Shown here piece after piece: positions 11,356-21,312 of a DNA stretch of 64,000 nucleotides. The position numbers were made by a program, and so were the translations under genes. The notes beneath the pieces were generated by a model. That model worked only from the letters and a program-made list of their open reading frames with translations, was not told the origin of the DNA and did not search any database. The stretch covers positions 128,001 to 192,000 of the forward strand of contig CAVYYZ010000012.1 in assembly GCA_963772835.1 (NCBI GenBank). The letters run 5' to 3'. Numbering within the stretch: position 1 is the stretch's first letter; every line of letters begins with the position of its first letter. Origin of the DNA: an uncultured delta proteobacterium (lineage in GTDB: Bacteria > Desulfobacterota > Desulfuromonadia > Geobacterales > Pseudopelobacteraceae).

Positions 11356-11383
11356 TTGACACCCGCTTTATTGCTGTGATAAA
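11356..11383 (+). promoter_or_regulatory. Sigma70-like promoter for the cold-shock gene
   Basis: TTGACA-N16-GATAAA with an upstream TG (extended -10); implies a 5' UTR of about 140 nt. Confidence 0.5.
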
Positions 11384-11530
11384 CGACTCGGGCTCGCAGT
11401 TTCGGAAGTTTTTGCAGAACGTTGCAAGTAGCACGTTTGACCAGGCTTTGCGCTTTTCCTGCATCAGACTCCAGAAATTTTGCGGTAACCAAACGTTCCG
11501 GCTTTGGTCGGACAAAAAAGGAGGCAGGAA

Positions 11531-11731
11531 ATGGCACAGGGAAAAGTTAAATGGTTTAACGACACAAAAGGGTTTGGGTTCATCGAGCAGGAAGGCGGCG
11601 AAGATGTCTTTGTTCATTTCTCCGCTATTGGTGGTGATGGTTTCAAATCGCTTGCAGAGGGCGATGCGGTGACTTTTGAAATTACTCAGGGCCCGAAAGG
11701 TCTTCAGGCTGCTAACGTAGTTAAGAAGTAA
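11531..11731 (+). CDS. csp: Cold-shock protein (CspA family)
   Basis: [18 protein letters not shown] (RNP1) and DVFVHFSAI (RNP2); GGAGG RBS. Confidence 0.97.
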   Translation: MAQGKVKWFNDTKGFGFIEQEGGEDVFVHFSAIGGDGFKSLAEGDAVTFEITQGPKGLQAANVVKK

Positions 11732-11763
11732 TGTAACCTGACGTCAGGTAAATATGAACAGTC

Positions 11764-11792
11764 AAAGCCCGCTCACTCAGCGGGCTTTTTTT
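11764..11792. terminator. Intrinsic terminator of csp, likely bidirectional; overlaps the ygiQ stop codon
   Basis: AAAGCCCGCT-cactc-AGCGGGCTTT followed by a T tract. Confidence 0.85.
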
Positions 11793-13594
11793 GTGTTCTT
11801 TTTGTGAGATTGTGAGGCACCGCAATCCCGGACCGTACTGCCCCCCCAGAGCAGTGACATATCACCCTCACGACCCAGTTCCTTCAATGCCGCCATTACC
11901 TTATCGCGTTCGGCAGGCTGATGCCACAGCAGCAGAGACTTCTGTAATCCCTTGTCACGGTCGCTTGTTGCAGTGTAGACGCGTTTTCGGGTCATAGGGT
12001 CGTATCCGCTATAGAACATGCAGGTGGCAATAGTGCCGGGAGTAGGTGTAAAATCCTGAACCTGCTCCACCTGTATTCCCATTTTTTTGAGCGCCAGTGC
12101 CAGTTCAAACATATCAGCCAACGAACAGCCCGGATGCCCCGAGATAAGGTAAGGAACCACATACTGACGTTTTCCAAGCCGGATACTTTCTTCCCGGAAC
12201 CGGGCAAGAAAAGTTTCAAATGATTTCCGCCCCGGTTTTCGCATAATGTCCGTTACCTGATCAACCAGATGCTCCGGAGCAATTTTGAGCAGACCGCTGA
12301 CATGATGTCCGGTCAATTCGCTGAAATAGGCGGGCTGCCGCTCAAGAAGATCATATCTTACACCCGATGAAACTGCCGTATGACGTACACCCTTCAGGGA
12401 GCGGGCAGACTGCAGCAGTGTCGTCGCGGGCGCATCGCCGGTTCGCAGATTCGGGCAGATTCCCGGGAAAATACAACTTTCACGGACGCATTTTTTCATG
12501 GCGTCTGAGTTGTTACAGCCGAGGCCGAACATGTTGGCAGTCGGCCCGCCGATATCGCTTATTGTGCCGTGGAACCAGTGCTTGCGGGTCATAGATGTTA
12601 TTTCAGCAAGGATAGAGCTTTCGCTGCGGGACTGAATCGTTTTGCCTTGATGCATGGTGATGGCGCAGAATGCGCACCCGCCGAAACATCCCCTATGGCT
12701 GGTGATCGAAGTCTTGATCTGCTCCCAGGCCGGAATTGTCTCCACATAGGAAGGATGCGGACACTTATCAAAAGGCAGTGCATAGACAGCATCCATCTCT
12801 GTCTCAGTCAAAGGCAGAGATGGGGGGTTGCAGACCAGTGTCCGGTTTCCATGCTGCTGAGTTACTATCTGTGCGGACCAGGGGTTCTGTTGCAGATAGG
12901 TGTGACGGAAGGCCTCGGCGAATTTTTCCTTGGAGACGGATATTTCCTCATAGGATGGTACATCAATGTGAGGAACATCATCAAGCCCGCCGCAATGATA
13001 TGCAGTGCCCCGCACATCACGGATCTCCCTCAACTGTTCACCATCCAGCATCCTTTCAGCCACCTCCAGAATCGCCCGTTCGGCCATTCCGTAGATCAGT
13101 AAATCCGCTTTAGCATCAAACAGAATTGAGCGGCGCACCTTGTTTTCCCAGAAATCATAGTGCGCAAAGCGGCGCAGCGAAGCTTCAATGCCGCCGATCA
13201 CCACCGGCACGTCCTTGAACGCTTCCTTCAAGCGGGATGTATAGACCATCGTGGCGCGGTTGGGCCGGGCTCCGTGGCGGTTACCGGGTGTGTAGGCATC
13301 ATCATGACGAAGCTTGCGGGCCGGTGTATAATGGGCCACCATTGAATCCATTGCTCCTGCCGAAACGGCAAAGAACAGCCTGGGGCGGCCGAGTGTCATG
13401 AATGACTCTTTTGAACGCCAGTCCGGCTGCGAAATGATACCGACTCGAAAACCGTGAGATTCAAGCCAGCGGGCCAGCAGCGGGACACCAAAAGCGGGAT
13501 GATCAATATACGCATCACCGCTTACAAAGATAACGTCCAACTCGTTCCAGTCACGCTTCAGTATTTCTTCCTGTGTCGTAGGTATAAATGCCAT
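11777..13594 (-). CDS. ygiQ: YgiQ family radical SAM protein
   Basis: Motifs [27 protein letters not shown] and [12 protein letters not shown]. Confidence 0.92.
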   Translation of the reverse strand: MAFIPTTQEEILKRDWNELDVIFVSGDAYIDHPAFGVPLLARWLESHGFRVGIISQPDWRSKESFMTLGRPRLFFAVSAGAMDSMVAHYTPARKLRHDDAYTPGNRHGARPNRATMVYTSRLKEAFKDVPVVIGGIEASLRRFAHYDFWENKVRRSILFDAKADLLIYGMAERAILEVAERMLDGEQLREIRDVRGTAYHCGGLDDVPHIDVPSYEEISVSKEKFAEAFRHTYLQQNPWSAQIVTQQHGNRTLVCNPPSLPLTETEMDAVYALPFDKCPHPSYVETIPAWEQIKTSITSHRGCFGGCAFCAITMHQGKTIQSRSESSILAEITSMTRKHWFHGTISDIGGPTANMFGLGCNNSDAMKKCVRESCIFPGICPNLRTGDAPATTLLQSARSLKGVRHTAVSSGVRYDLLERQPAYFSELTGHHVSGLLKIAPEHLVDQVTDIMRKPGRKSFETFLARFREESIRLGKRQYVVPYLISGHPGCSLADMFELALALKKMGIQVEQVQDFTPTPGTIATCMFYSGYDPMTRKRVYTATSDRDKGLQKSLLLWHQPAERDKVMAALKELGREGDMSLLWGGSTVRDCGASQSHKKNTKKAR

Positions 13595-13597
13595 GGG

Positions 13598-14638
13598 TCA
13601 GGGAAACAGCGCCACGCCTTCCAATCCCATTGTTTCAGGGAATCCGCAGACAATATTCATATTTTGAACCGCCTGACCGGAAGCGCCTTTTACGAGGTTA
13701 TCGATTGCCGAAATGACTATAATTCTTCCGGTACGGGCATCAACCCGTGGAGCAATATCACAAAAATTGGAACCGCGCACGAAAGAGGTGGAAGGGAGGT
13801 TGCTATCTGCCAGAATCCGCACGAACGGCTCGCCGTCGTAGAAGTCACGGTACAACCGGACAATAGCTTCAATGGTGACTGGTGTCTTGGGCATCGCGTA
13901 AATAGTTGAAAGTATGCCTCTGTCCATCGGCGCCAGATGGGGAGTAAAAGTTATTTTCAGTTGTTCTCCTGCCAGCAGGGAGAGTTCCTGCTCGATTTCC
14001 GGAGTATGCCGGTGCACTCCGCCGACTCCGTATGCCTTATACCCTTCATTCACCTCACAATACAGGCTTTCAACCTTGGCAGAGCGTCCGGCTCCGGTAA
14101 CACCGGAAGCGGAATCAGCAATGATGCTTGACAGGTCAATCAATCCCTTGCTCAAAAGCGGTGCCAGGCCGAGAATAATGCTGGTAGGATAGCAGCCTGG
14201 GTTGGCAATCAGTTTAGCCAGTTTGATCTTTGACCGCCTGATCTCCGGCAATCCGTAAACAGCTTTCTTCAGGTTGGCCGGATTGAGATGGGGCTCGTAC
14301 CACTCCCCGTAAACCGCCGGGTCGTAAAGACGATAGTCGGCAGACAGATCTATAATCCTTTTACCCAGCTTGAGAAAGGTAGGGACAACCTCCATAGCAG
14401 CTTTGTGAGGCAGTGCCGTGAAGATTATATCCGCTTTTTCAGCGACTCGAACCGGCTCAAGATTTTCGAGCACGATATCACAACGCCCACGCAGAGTCGG
14501 GAACACATCGGAAATGCACTTTCCTGCGCTCTGCTCGGAGGTCATGCAGGTAACAGTAACCTCCGGGTGGCAAAGAAGGATACGGATCAATTCCAGCCCG
14601 GTATAACCACTGGCTCCTACGATAGCAACTTTCAACAT
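13598..14638 (-). CDS. argC: N-acetyl-gamma-glutamyl-phosphate reductase
   Basis: Motifs [17 protein letters not shown] and [16 protein letters not shown]. Confidence 0.97.
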   Translation of the reverse strand: MLKVAIVGASGYTGLELIRILLCHPEVTVTCMTSEQSAGKCISDVFPTLRGRCDIVLENLEPVRVAEKADIIFTALPHKAAMEVVPTFLKLGKRIIDLSADYRLYDPAVYGEWYEPHLNPANLKKAVYGLPEIRRSKIKLAKLIANPGCYPTSIILGLAPLLSKGLIDLSSIIADSASGVTGAGRSAKVESLYCEVNEGYKAYGVGGVHRHTPEIEQELSLLAGEQLKITFTPHLAPMDRGILSTIYAMPKTPVTIEAIVRLYRDFYDGEPFVRILADSNLPSTSFVRGSNFCDIAPRVDARTGRIIVISAIDNLVKGASGQAVQNMNIVCGFPETMGLEGVALFP

Positions 14639-14731
14639 GATATGACTCCTTTCAAAGAGCCCTGATACCCAGGGAACATGCATTAACGAGCCGTTTGCTT
14701 TCTGAAAAACGGAAAACTGCGTCTGATTTGT

Positions 14732-14764
14732 AAAAAAAGGGGAAACCCTTGCGGATTTCCCCTT
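14732..14764 (-). terminator. Intrinsic terminator after rpsI
   Basis: Minus strand reads AAGGGGAAATCC-GCAA-GGGTTTCCCCTT followed by a T tract. Confidence 0.8.
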
Positions 14765-14794
14765 GTAACATACCAGAGTGATGTAATCCAGCGA

Positions 14795-15187
14795 TTAACG
14801 CTTGGAGAACTGGAAGCGGGCACGGGCAGCTTTCCTGCCGTACTTTTTACGCTCTTTTATGCGTGAGTCGCGAGTAATGAAACCGGCTTTTTTGAGGACG
14901 CCACGCAATTCCGGCTCATGCAGCAGCAGAGCTTTAGTGATGCCGTGCTTGATAGCACCGGCCTGGCCGGTATCGCCCCCGCCTGAAACAGTCACGTACA
15001 CATCAAATATACCAACTTTTTCAACCAGTTCGAACGGCTGGCGGACTACCATCTTGGAGGTTTCCCGTCCGAAATATTCATCAAGAGTTTTGTGGTTAAC
15101 GGTAAAAGTACCTACACCGGGCTTAAGCCAGACTCGAGCAATTGAACTCTTCCGTTTGCCTGTTCCATAGTAACTGATTGCTGCCAT
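14795..15187 (-). CDS. rpsI: 30S ribosomal protein S9
   Basis: [23 protein letters not shown]-terminal QFSKR. Confidence 0.98.
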   Translation of the reverse strand: MAAISYYGTGKRKSSIARVWLKPGVGTFTVNHKTLDEYFGRETSKMVVRQPFELVEKVGIFDVYVTVSGGGDTGQAGAIKHGITKALLLHEPELRGVLKKAGFITRDSRIKERKKYGRKAARARFQFSKR

Positions 15188-15207
15188 ATCGTTTTCTCCT
15201 TGGAGTA

Positions 15208-15636
15208 TTAAAGTACCAGGTTTTTAGGTTGTTGCGAAGCGTGTGGGTGGCTTGGGCCCGCATAGATTTTAAGCTTGCTGAGCATAGCCCGTGCAAGTTT
15301 ATTCTTTGGGAGCATCCCTTTGACCGCTTTCTTGATAAGTTCTTCCGGCTTTTTTTCAAGCAGTTTGCCAGCCGTAATTTCCTTCAGGCCACCAACGTAT
15401 CCAGAGTGGCTGTAATAAATCTTGTCGGCTAACTTGCGACCGGTCAGTGCGATTTTTTCTGCGTTTACGACGATGACAAAATCACCGGTATCAACACTTG
15501 GTGTGTAGAGTGTCTTGTTTTTACCACGCAGGACACCTGCTATCTGAGTAGAAAGACGGCCAAGGACGGCATCCTGAGCATCAACAACATACCAGTCACG
15601 CACTACATTCTCTGCTTTTGCAACTTCTGTTTTCAT
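15208..15636 (-). CDS. rplM: 50S ribosomal protein L13
   Basis: Motifs [22 protein letters not shown] and KGMLPKN. Confidence 0.98.
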   Translation of the reverse strand: MKTEVAKAENVVRDWYVVDAQDAVLGRLSTQIAGVLRGKNKTLYTPSVDTGDFVIVVNAEKIALTGRKLADKIYYSHSGYVGGLKEITAGKLLEKKPEELIKKAVKGMLPKNKLARAMLSKLKIYAGPSHPHASQQPKNLVL

Positions 15637-15699
15637 AATTTCCTCACCCGCAGTACAACCTGTAGACAAATACAGGCCAAGATTTTTTTGAAGAGGTGT

Positions 15700-15728
15700 A
15701 ACTTACTGAAAGTGGCGGACCATGTCAA
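15700..15728 (-). promoter_or_regulatory. Sigma70 promoter of rplM-rpsI
   Basis: TTGACA-N17-TAAGTT on the minus strand. Confidence 0.65.
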
Positions 15729-15833
15729 GGGAAAAATTTTCAGGGGTATTAATTGATCTGATCAATGTTGTAACGGAGCCGATTTCATGTTACAAACATG
15801 CGGCAATTATCAGATTTTTTGGAGTACATACTT

Positions 15834-16121
15834 ATGATGATGACGGTAGCAGAAGTCGAATATGTTGCTCGCCTGGCCCGACTTGAACTCACCGCTGGAG
15901 AAAAAGAGCTGTTTGCGGGCCAGATGGATGCGATCCTCGGTTACGTTGAAAAACTTAAGGAGGTTAATACGGAAGGTGTCGTACCGACTTCACACGCTGT
16001 TCCGATGGAAAATGAATTCCGTGATGATGTGGTTCAACCTTCAATTGGCTTGGGAAAAGCTTTGGCAAACGCTCCCATGGTTTCGGGCCCTTTTTTCGCC
16101 GTACCAAAAGTAATAGAATAG
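15834..16121 (+). CDS. gatC: Asp/Glu-tRNA amidotransferase subunit C
   Basis: EVEYVARLARL and FFAVPKVIE; first gene of gatCAB. Confidence 0.95.
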   Translation: MMMTVAEVEYVARLARLELTAGEKELFAGQMDAILGYVEKLKEVNTEGVVPTSHAVPMENEFRDDVVQPSIGLGKALANAPMVSGPFFAVPKVIE

Positions 16122-16138
16122 CGTAAGGGACATATACC

Positions 16139-17593
16139 ATGAATATTTTCGACATGACCATACATGAACTTCATACCGCTCTGAAGGGGAAGCAGCTTTC
16201 TTCCCGGGAAGCCACTTCTGCCATGCTGGAGCGCATTGAAGCCGTTGAACCGAAAATCGGTTCATTCATAACGGTAACTCCCGAACTGGCTATGGCCGCC
16301 GCCAAAAACGCCGACCTGCAGATAGCAAAGGGGGAGTGTCACCTGCTGACCGGCATCCCTCTGGCAATCAAAGATATTTTTTTAACAGAGGGGGTCCGCA
16401 CAACCTGTGGCTCCCTCATCTTGAATAAGTTCATCCCCCCCTACAGCGCCTCTTCCTGGGAAAAACTGCGTGACCGTGGGGCGGTCCTGCTTGGAAAGCT
16501 GAACCAGGATGAGTTTGCAATGGGCTCCTCAAACGAATCGAGCGCCTTCGGAAACACTCGCAATCCATGGGACACGACCTGTATCCCCGGAGGGTCGTCG
16601 GGCGGCTCTGCGGCGGCCGTTGCCGCCAGTCAGGCGATTGCGACACTTGGCACGGACACAGGCGGCTCCATCCGCCAGCCCGCCTCGCACTGTGGCTGTG
16701 TCGGTCTGAAACCAACCTATGGCCGGGTTTCCCGTTACGGAGTTATTGCCTATGCATCTTCACTGGATCAGGTCGGGCCTCTGACGCGGGATGTTGCCGA
16801 CTGCGCGGTCATGCTGGAAGTAATAGCCGGTCACGACTCTAAAGACTCCACCAGCGTAAACACCGAAGTACCGGACTATACCGCAACTCTGAAACAGGGT
16901 GTCAAGGGGTTGAGGATCGGGCTGCCGAAAGAGTACTACATCGCAGGACTCGACCCTGACGTGCAACGGGCAATGGATGCCGCCATCGAAACCTTCCGGC
17001 GCCTCGGAGCGGAATTTGTTGATATTTCACTGCCGCATACCGACTATGCAGTGGCAACCTATTATCTGATTGCTACGGCAGAGGCCAGCTCAAACCTGGC
17101 ACGCTACGACGGCGTTCGCTTCGGCCATCGTGCTGAAGCGGACGGGCTGTTGGACATGTATACAAAAAGTCGCAGCGAGGGATTCGGCACCGAAGTCAAA
17201 CGCCGCATCATGCTCGGCACCTACGCCCTGTCATCGGGCTATTATGACGCTTTTTACGTTAAAGCACAGAAAGTGCGCACACTGATCATGAATGACTTCA
17301 TTACTGCATTTGCCGGTGTCGATTTCATGCTGACTCCGGTTGCACCGACACCGGCTTTCAAGATCGGTGAAAAGATCAACGATCCGCTACAGATGTATCT
17401 CTCCGATATTTTTACCATTCCGGTTAACCTTGCCGGGACATGCGCCATGTCGATCCCGGCCGGCTTTTCGGTTTCCGGTCTCCCGATCGGACTGCAATTG
17501 ATCGGCAAACCGTTCGGCGAGGAAACGATCCTCCGGGCGGGTTATGCTTTTGAACAGGCGACTGAGTGGCATACCAGAAAAGCAACGATCTAA
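16139..17593 (+). CDS. gatA: Asp/Glu-tRNA amidotransferase subunit A
   Basis: Amidase signature [12 protein letters not shown] and [11 protein letters not shown]. Confidence 0.98.
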   Translation: MNIFDMTIHELHTALKGKQLSSREATSAMLERIEAVEPKIGSFITVTPELAMAAAKNADLQIAKGECHLLTGIPLAIKDIFLTEGVRTTCGSLILNKFIPPYSASSWEKLRDRGAVLLGKLNQDEFAMGSSNESSAFGNTRNPWDTTCIPGGSSGGSAAAVAASQAIATLGTDTGGSIRQPASHCGCVGLKPTYGRVSRYGVIAYASSLDQVGPLTRDVADCAVMLEVIAGHDSKDSTSVNTEVPDYTATLKQGVKGLRIGLPKEYYIAGLDPDVQRAMDAAIETFRRLGAEFVDISLPHTDYAVATYYLIATAEASSNLARYDGVRFGHRAEADGLLDMYTKSRSEGFGTEVKRRIMLGTYALSSGYYDAFYVKAQKVRTLIMNDFITAFAGVDFMLTPVAPTPAFKIGEKINDPLQMYLSDIFTIPVNLAGTCAMSIPAGFSVSGLPIGLQLIGKPFGEETILRAGYAFEQATEWHTRKATI

Positions 17594-17608
17594 CTTCCGG
17601 AGCAAACT

Positions 17609-19051
17609 ATGAAATACCAACCCGTCATCGGTCTAGAAGTTCACGTCCAGCTCCTGACCGACACAAAAATATTCTGCGGCTGCTCGACAAAATTCGGATC
17701 CGAGCCCAATTCCCAGACGTGCCCCGTCTGCCTTGGCCTGCCGGGCGCTCTGCCAGTGCTCAACAAGAAAGTCGTGGAATTTGCCATCAAAGCCGGCCTC
17801 TCAACCAACTGTTCCATTACGCCGCGCAGCGTTTTCGCCCGCAAGAACTATTTCTACCCCGACCTTCCCAAGGGATATCAGATCAGCCAGTTTGAAGATC
17901 CGATCTGTCAACAAGGATGGCTGGATATACCGATAGAGGGGCAGGAGCATAAAAGAATAGGTATCACCCGTATCCATATGGAAGAAGACGCCGGTAAGCT
18001 GGTACATGGCGAACTTTCCGGTCCCGGTGATGGCTCGGGCGTTGACTTGAATCGGGCCTGCACACCACTGCTGGAAGTCGTCTCCGAACCTGACCTGCGC
18101 TCCTCTGACGAAGCGGTGATCTACCTGAAACAGCTGCATCAGATCGTAACCTGGCTCGGCATCTGTGACGGCAACATGGAAGAGGGAAGTTTTCGCTGTG
18201 ACGCCAACGTATCGGTTATGCCAGTCGGTTCCGAAACCCTGGGAACGCGAGCCGAGATAAAGAACGTAAATTCTTTTAAATTTGTCAAGCAGGCCATCGA
18301 ATATGAAATCCAGCGCCAGATCGACCTGATCGAAGATGGCGGGACGGTGGTTCAGGAAACAAGGCTTTTTGACCCGAACAGCTGCGCAACCCGCTCAATG
18401 CGCAGCAAGGAAGAGGCCCATGATTACCGCTATTTCCCTGATCCCGATCTGGTACCGCTTGTTATCAGCACCGAGTGGGTGGAACGCTCACGTCAAGAGT
18501 TGCCGGAGCTGCCGGGAAAGCGACAGCAACGCTTTATTGCCGATCTGGGGCTTCCTCCGTACGACGCCGAAGTGCTGACCGCAAGCAGAGCTCTGGCTGA
18601 TTATTTTGAAGCCGGCGTTGCCGCAGGCGGCAACGCCAAGGCGGTAGGAAACTGGATTATGGGTGAAATAACCCGGACTCTGAATGACAACGGGATTACA
18701 ATAGAAGCATGTCCCGTCACACCGGACCAGCTGGCGCAGCTTCTGAAGTTGATCGACAAGGGCACTATTTCGGGCAGGATTGCCAAAACCGTTTTTGATG
18801 AAATGTGGCATAGCGGCAAAGCACCACAGACGATCGTCGAAGAGAAGGGTCTACTGCAGGTCTCTGACAGCGGCGCCATCGAGAGCATCATCGACGAAAT
18901 CATGACCGCCAATGCCGGACAGGTTGAAGAGTATCGAAGCGGGAAGGAAAAGGTTTTCGGCTTTTTCGTCGGTCAGATCATGAAAGCCAGTAAAGGAAAA
19001 GCCAACCCGACAGTGGTCAACGAGTTGCTACTGAGCAAATTAAAGAGGTAG
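17609..19051 (+). CDS. gatB: Asp/Glu-tRNA amidotransferase subunit B
   Basis: Motifs [26 protein letters not shown] and YRYFPDPDL. Confidence 0.98.
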   Translation: MKYQPVIGLEVHVQLLTDTKIFCGCSTKFGSEPNSQTCPVCLGLPGALPVLNKKVVEFAIKAGLSTNCSITPRSVFARKNYFYPDLPKGYQISQFEDPICQQGWLDIPIEGQEHKRIGITRIHMEEDAGKLVHGELSGPGDGSGVDLNRACTPLLEVVSEPDLRSSDEAVIYLKQLHQIVTWLGICDGNMEEGSFRCDANVSVMPVGSETLGTRAEIKNVNSFKFVKQAIEYEIQRQIDLIEDGGTVVQETRLFDPNSCATRSMRSKEEAHDYRYFPDPDLVPLVISTEWVERSRQELPELPGKRQQRFIADLGLPPYDAEVLTASRALADYFEAGVAAGGNAKAVGNWIMGEITRTLNDNGITIEACPVTPDQLAQLLKLIDKGTISGRIAKTVFDEMWHSGKAPQTIVEEKGLLQVSDSGAIESIIDEIMTANAGQVEEYRSGKEKVFGFFVGQIMKASKGKANPTVVNELLLSKLKR

Positions 19052-19061
19052 GAGGTTAGTT

Positions 19062-19424
19062 ATGAACCGGACAGTGATGATTGTCGATGACTCCCTCTTT
19101 ATGCGTAAAATTCTACGCGGCATGCTTGTCGAAAAAGGGTATCTCGTGGTTGCAGAGGCAGCGAGCGGCATTGAGGCCATGAAAAACCTTCATGCCGACC
19201 ATCCGGATATTATTCTGCTGGACATCATCCTTCCCGACTCAAACGGCCTCGACCTCCTGGAGTCAATCATCACAGCCTGCCCGGAGTCAAAAGTGGTTGT
19301 CTGCTCTTCAATCGGACAGCCGCAGGTCATTCGGAAATCATTTGATCTGGGAGCCAAAGCATTTATCCAGAAACCGTTTACTCCCGAAAAGGTAATTGAA
19401 GCGCTTGAAGGCCTGGGTGATTGA
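19062..19424 (+). CDS. cheY: CheY-like single-domain response regulator
   Basis: IVDDS, phospho-Asp in LLDI, and FIQKPF; adjacent to cheA. Confidence 0.88.
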   Translation: MNRTVMIVDDSLFMRKILRGMLVEKGYLVVAEAASGIEAMKNLHADHPDIILLDIILPDSNGLDLLESIITACPESKVVVCSSIGQPQVIRKSFDLGAKAFIQKPFTPEKVIEALEGLGD

Positions 19425-19427
19425 CCC

Positions 19428-21065
19428 ATGGACATGTCCCCCTATAGGGATCTGTTTGTTTCTGAAGCCCGCACCCATCTCTCCGCGTTCAGTGAGCTGA
19501 TTGTACGGCTGGAAGATTCTCCGAACGATAGTGCCGCAATCGATGAGCTCTTTCGCCACGCTCACTCTTTGAAAGGGATGGCGGCAACCATGGGTTACGA
19601 CAAGGTCGTGTCGGTTGCCCACCTCATGGAAAGCCAGCTGAGCCGTATCCGTAGTGGAGAATTCCTGCTGCTGCCGGCGCTTGCAGACCTGTTGCTTGGG
19701 GGGGGCGATACCCTTACCCGCCTGGTAACAGTGATTGAAGAGGGGGGTGATGCTTCTGAAGATGTCACCGCCCTTATAGAACTACTTGCGGCATATGAAC
19801 CATCCGCCGAAGTGCTCACTCACCTTCATACCGAACCTCTCACCGAAGAGCCTGCAACGCCCATTGAAACTGCGACTTCTGCACCGCATCAATTCAGGCA
19901 GACCGATTCCTTCAAAAGTATCCGCATCAGAACCGAAACGCTCGATCATCTGGTCAACATCACCGGCGAATTAATAACGAACCGCTACCGTCTGGCCGAA
20001 TCCATCCGTCTGGCCGATGCACCCGAATGCCTGGAACCGCTCCATCAGCTTACAACGCTGCTGCGAAATCTGCGTGACGAGGTTTTCAAAGCCCGCATGC
20101 TTCCTTTTGCCTTCATAGCGGAGCGCTTCCCACGAATGGTGCGTGATTTGGCCCGTAAGCAGGGAAAAGAGATTCATTTTGAGCTTGAGGGAAAAGAGAT
20201 CGAACTCGATCGCGGTATTCTGGAAGAAATCACCGAACCTATTATTCATATACTCCGGAACGCAGTCGATCACGGTCTCGAAACTGCCGATGAACGAGTT
20301 ATGGCGGGTAAACCTTTTGGCGGCATGATAACCCTGACGGTGCGCCGGGATAAAGACCATGTTGAAATTATTATTTCCGACAATGGTCGCGGCATGGACA
20401 CCGGTTTGCTGAAGCTGAAAGCGATCGAAAAAGGGCTCATCTCCTCCGAAAATGCCGCTCTAATGACCCCGCAAGAGGCATTGCAGCTGGTCTGTACACC
20501 CGGATTTTCGACCGCCGCAACCGTTACTGATGTTTCCGGACGGGGAGTTGGCATGGATGCCGTTCGCGCGGCGGTACATGCCCTGTCCGGCGCCCTGACC
20601 ATACAGTCCCGCTGCGGGCAGGGGAGTAGTTTTGCCATGCGCTTCCCTATAACTGTTTCAATCATACATGCCATGATTGTCCGGTGTGGGCCGTTTGATA
20701 TCTCGTTCCCACTGAATGCCGTCACGAGGACACTGGAACTGAAATGTTCCGAAATCAGGGAAGAATCGGGCCGGTTAACGGTGATTCTGGAAGAATCCCC
20801 CGTACCGTTACGGAGTCTGCGGCAGGCACTGAATCTGCCGGCAACATCTCAAACGGAAGGCATTCTACTGCCGGTTGTCGTCTGTGACATCGGAGGTACA
20901 CCGGCCGCTTTTAGCGTTGATAGCATCTCCGGCCAGCAGGAAATTTTTGTCCGCCCTCTACGCTCACCTCTTTCACATTTGCGGGGATTTAGCGGAGCTA
21001 CCATAACCGGTGACGGTCGAGTGTTGTTTGTCGCAGATGTAAACGCACTGGCCCAGACCGGATAA
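19428..21065 (+). CDS. cheA: CheA chemotaxis histidine kinase (no P2 domain)
   Basis: HPt FRHAHSLKGM, HILRNAVDHG, SGRGVGMD, and a C-terminal CheW-like domain GATITGDGRV. Confidence 0.95.
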   Translation: MDMSPYRDLFVSEARTHLSAFSELIVRLEDSPNDSAAIDELFRHAHSLKGMAATMGYDKVVSVAHLMESQLSRIRSGEFLLLPALADLLLGGGDTLTRLVTVIEEGGDASEDVTALIELLAAYEPSAEVLTHLHTEPLTEEPATPIETATSAPHQFRQTDSFKSIRIRTETLDHLVNITGELITNRYRLAESIRLADAPECLEPLHQLTTLLRNLRDEVFKARMLPFAFIAERFPRMVRDLARKQGKEIHFELEGKEIELDRGILEEITEPIIHILRNAVDHGLETADERVMAGKPFGGMITLTVRRDKDHVEIIISDNGRGMDTGLLKLKAIEKGLISSENAALMTPQEALQLVCTPGFSTAATVTDVSGRGVGMDAVRAAVHALSGALTIQSRCGQGSSFAMRFPITVSIIHAMIVRCGPFDISFPLNAVTRTLELKCSEIREESGRLTVILEESPVPLRSLRQALNLPATSQTEGILLPVVVCDIGGTPAAFSVDSISGQQEIFVRPLRSPLSHLRGFSGATITGDGRVLFVADVNALAQTG

Positions 21066-21120
21066 AGGGATACAATCATAGAAACCCCGGGTTTTTAACT
21101 GACTGACGACGGGAAGGGTA

Positions 21121-21231
21121 GTCACAACTGCCTCCAAAGCATTGAAACGGTTGCGACCAGGTAATCGATCGGGGGACCGGCATCCCCGAGGATAGTCACA
21201 ACTGCCTCCAAAGCATTGAAACGGTTGCGAC
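21121..21231. CRISPR. Orphan CRISPR-like mini-array (repeat-spacer-repeat)
   Basis: The identical 37-mer GTCACAACTGCCTCCAAAGCATTGAAACGGTTGCGAC occurs at 21121-21157 and 21195-21231, separated by a 37-nt unique segment. No cas gene in the window. The repeats are certain; the CRISPR identity is not. Confidence 0.5.
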
Positions 21232-21312
21232 TGACGACCATATATGTCAGAATCAACAAACTGTGCAACGGGAGTACTGTTACCGGGCCCATAATCATGA
21301 GAGGAGAACTCT

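Noticed and set aside
11736..11749. 14-bp perfect palindrome ACCTGACGTCAGGT after the csp stop
   Set aside because: Single short instance in a 3' UTR with no supporting context.
15752..15766. FNR box
   Set aside because: The spacer is 3 nt (TTGAT-N3-ATCAA) rather than the required 4.
21121..21231. Integron attC sites
   Set aside because: The units are shorter than typical attC sites, the ends do not fit RYYYAAC/GTTRRRY well, and there is no cassette ORF or integrase.
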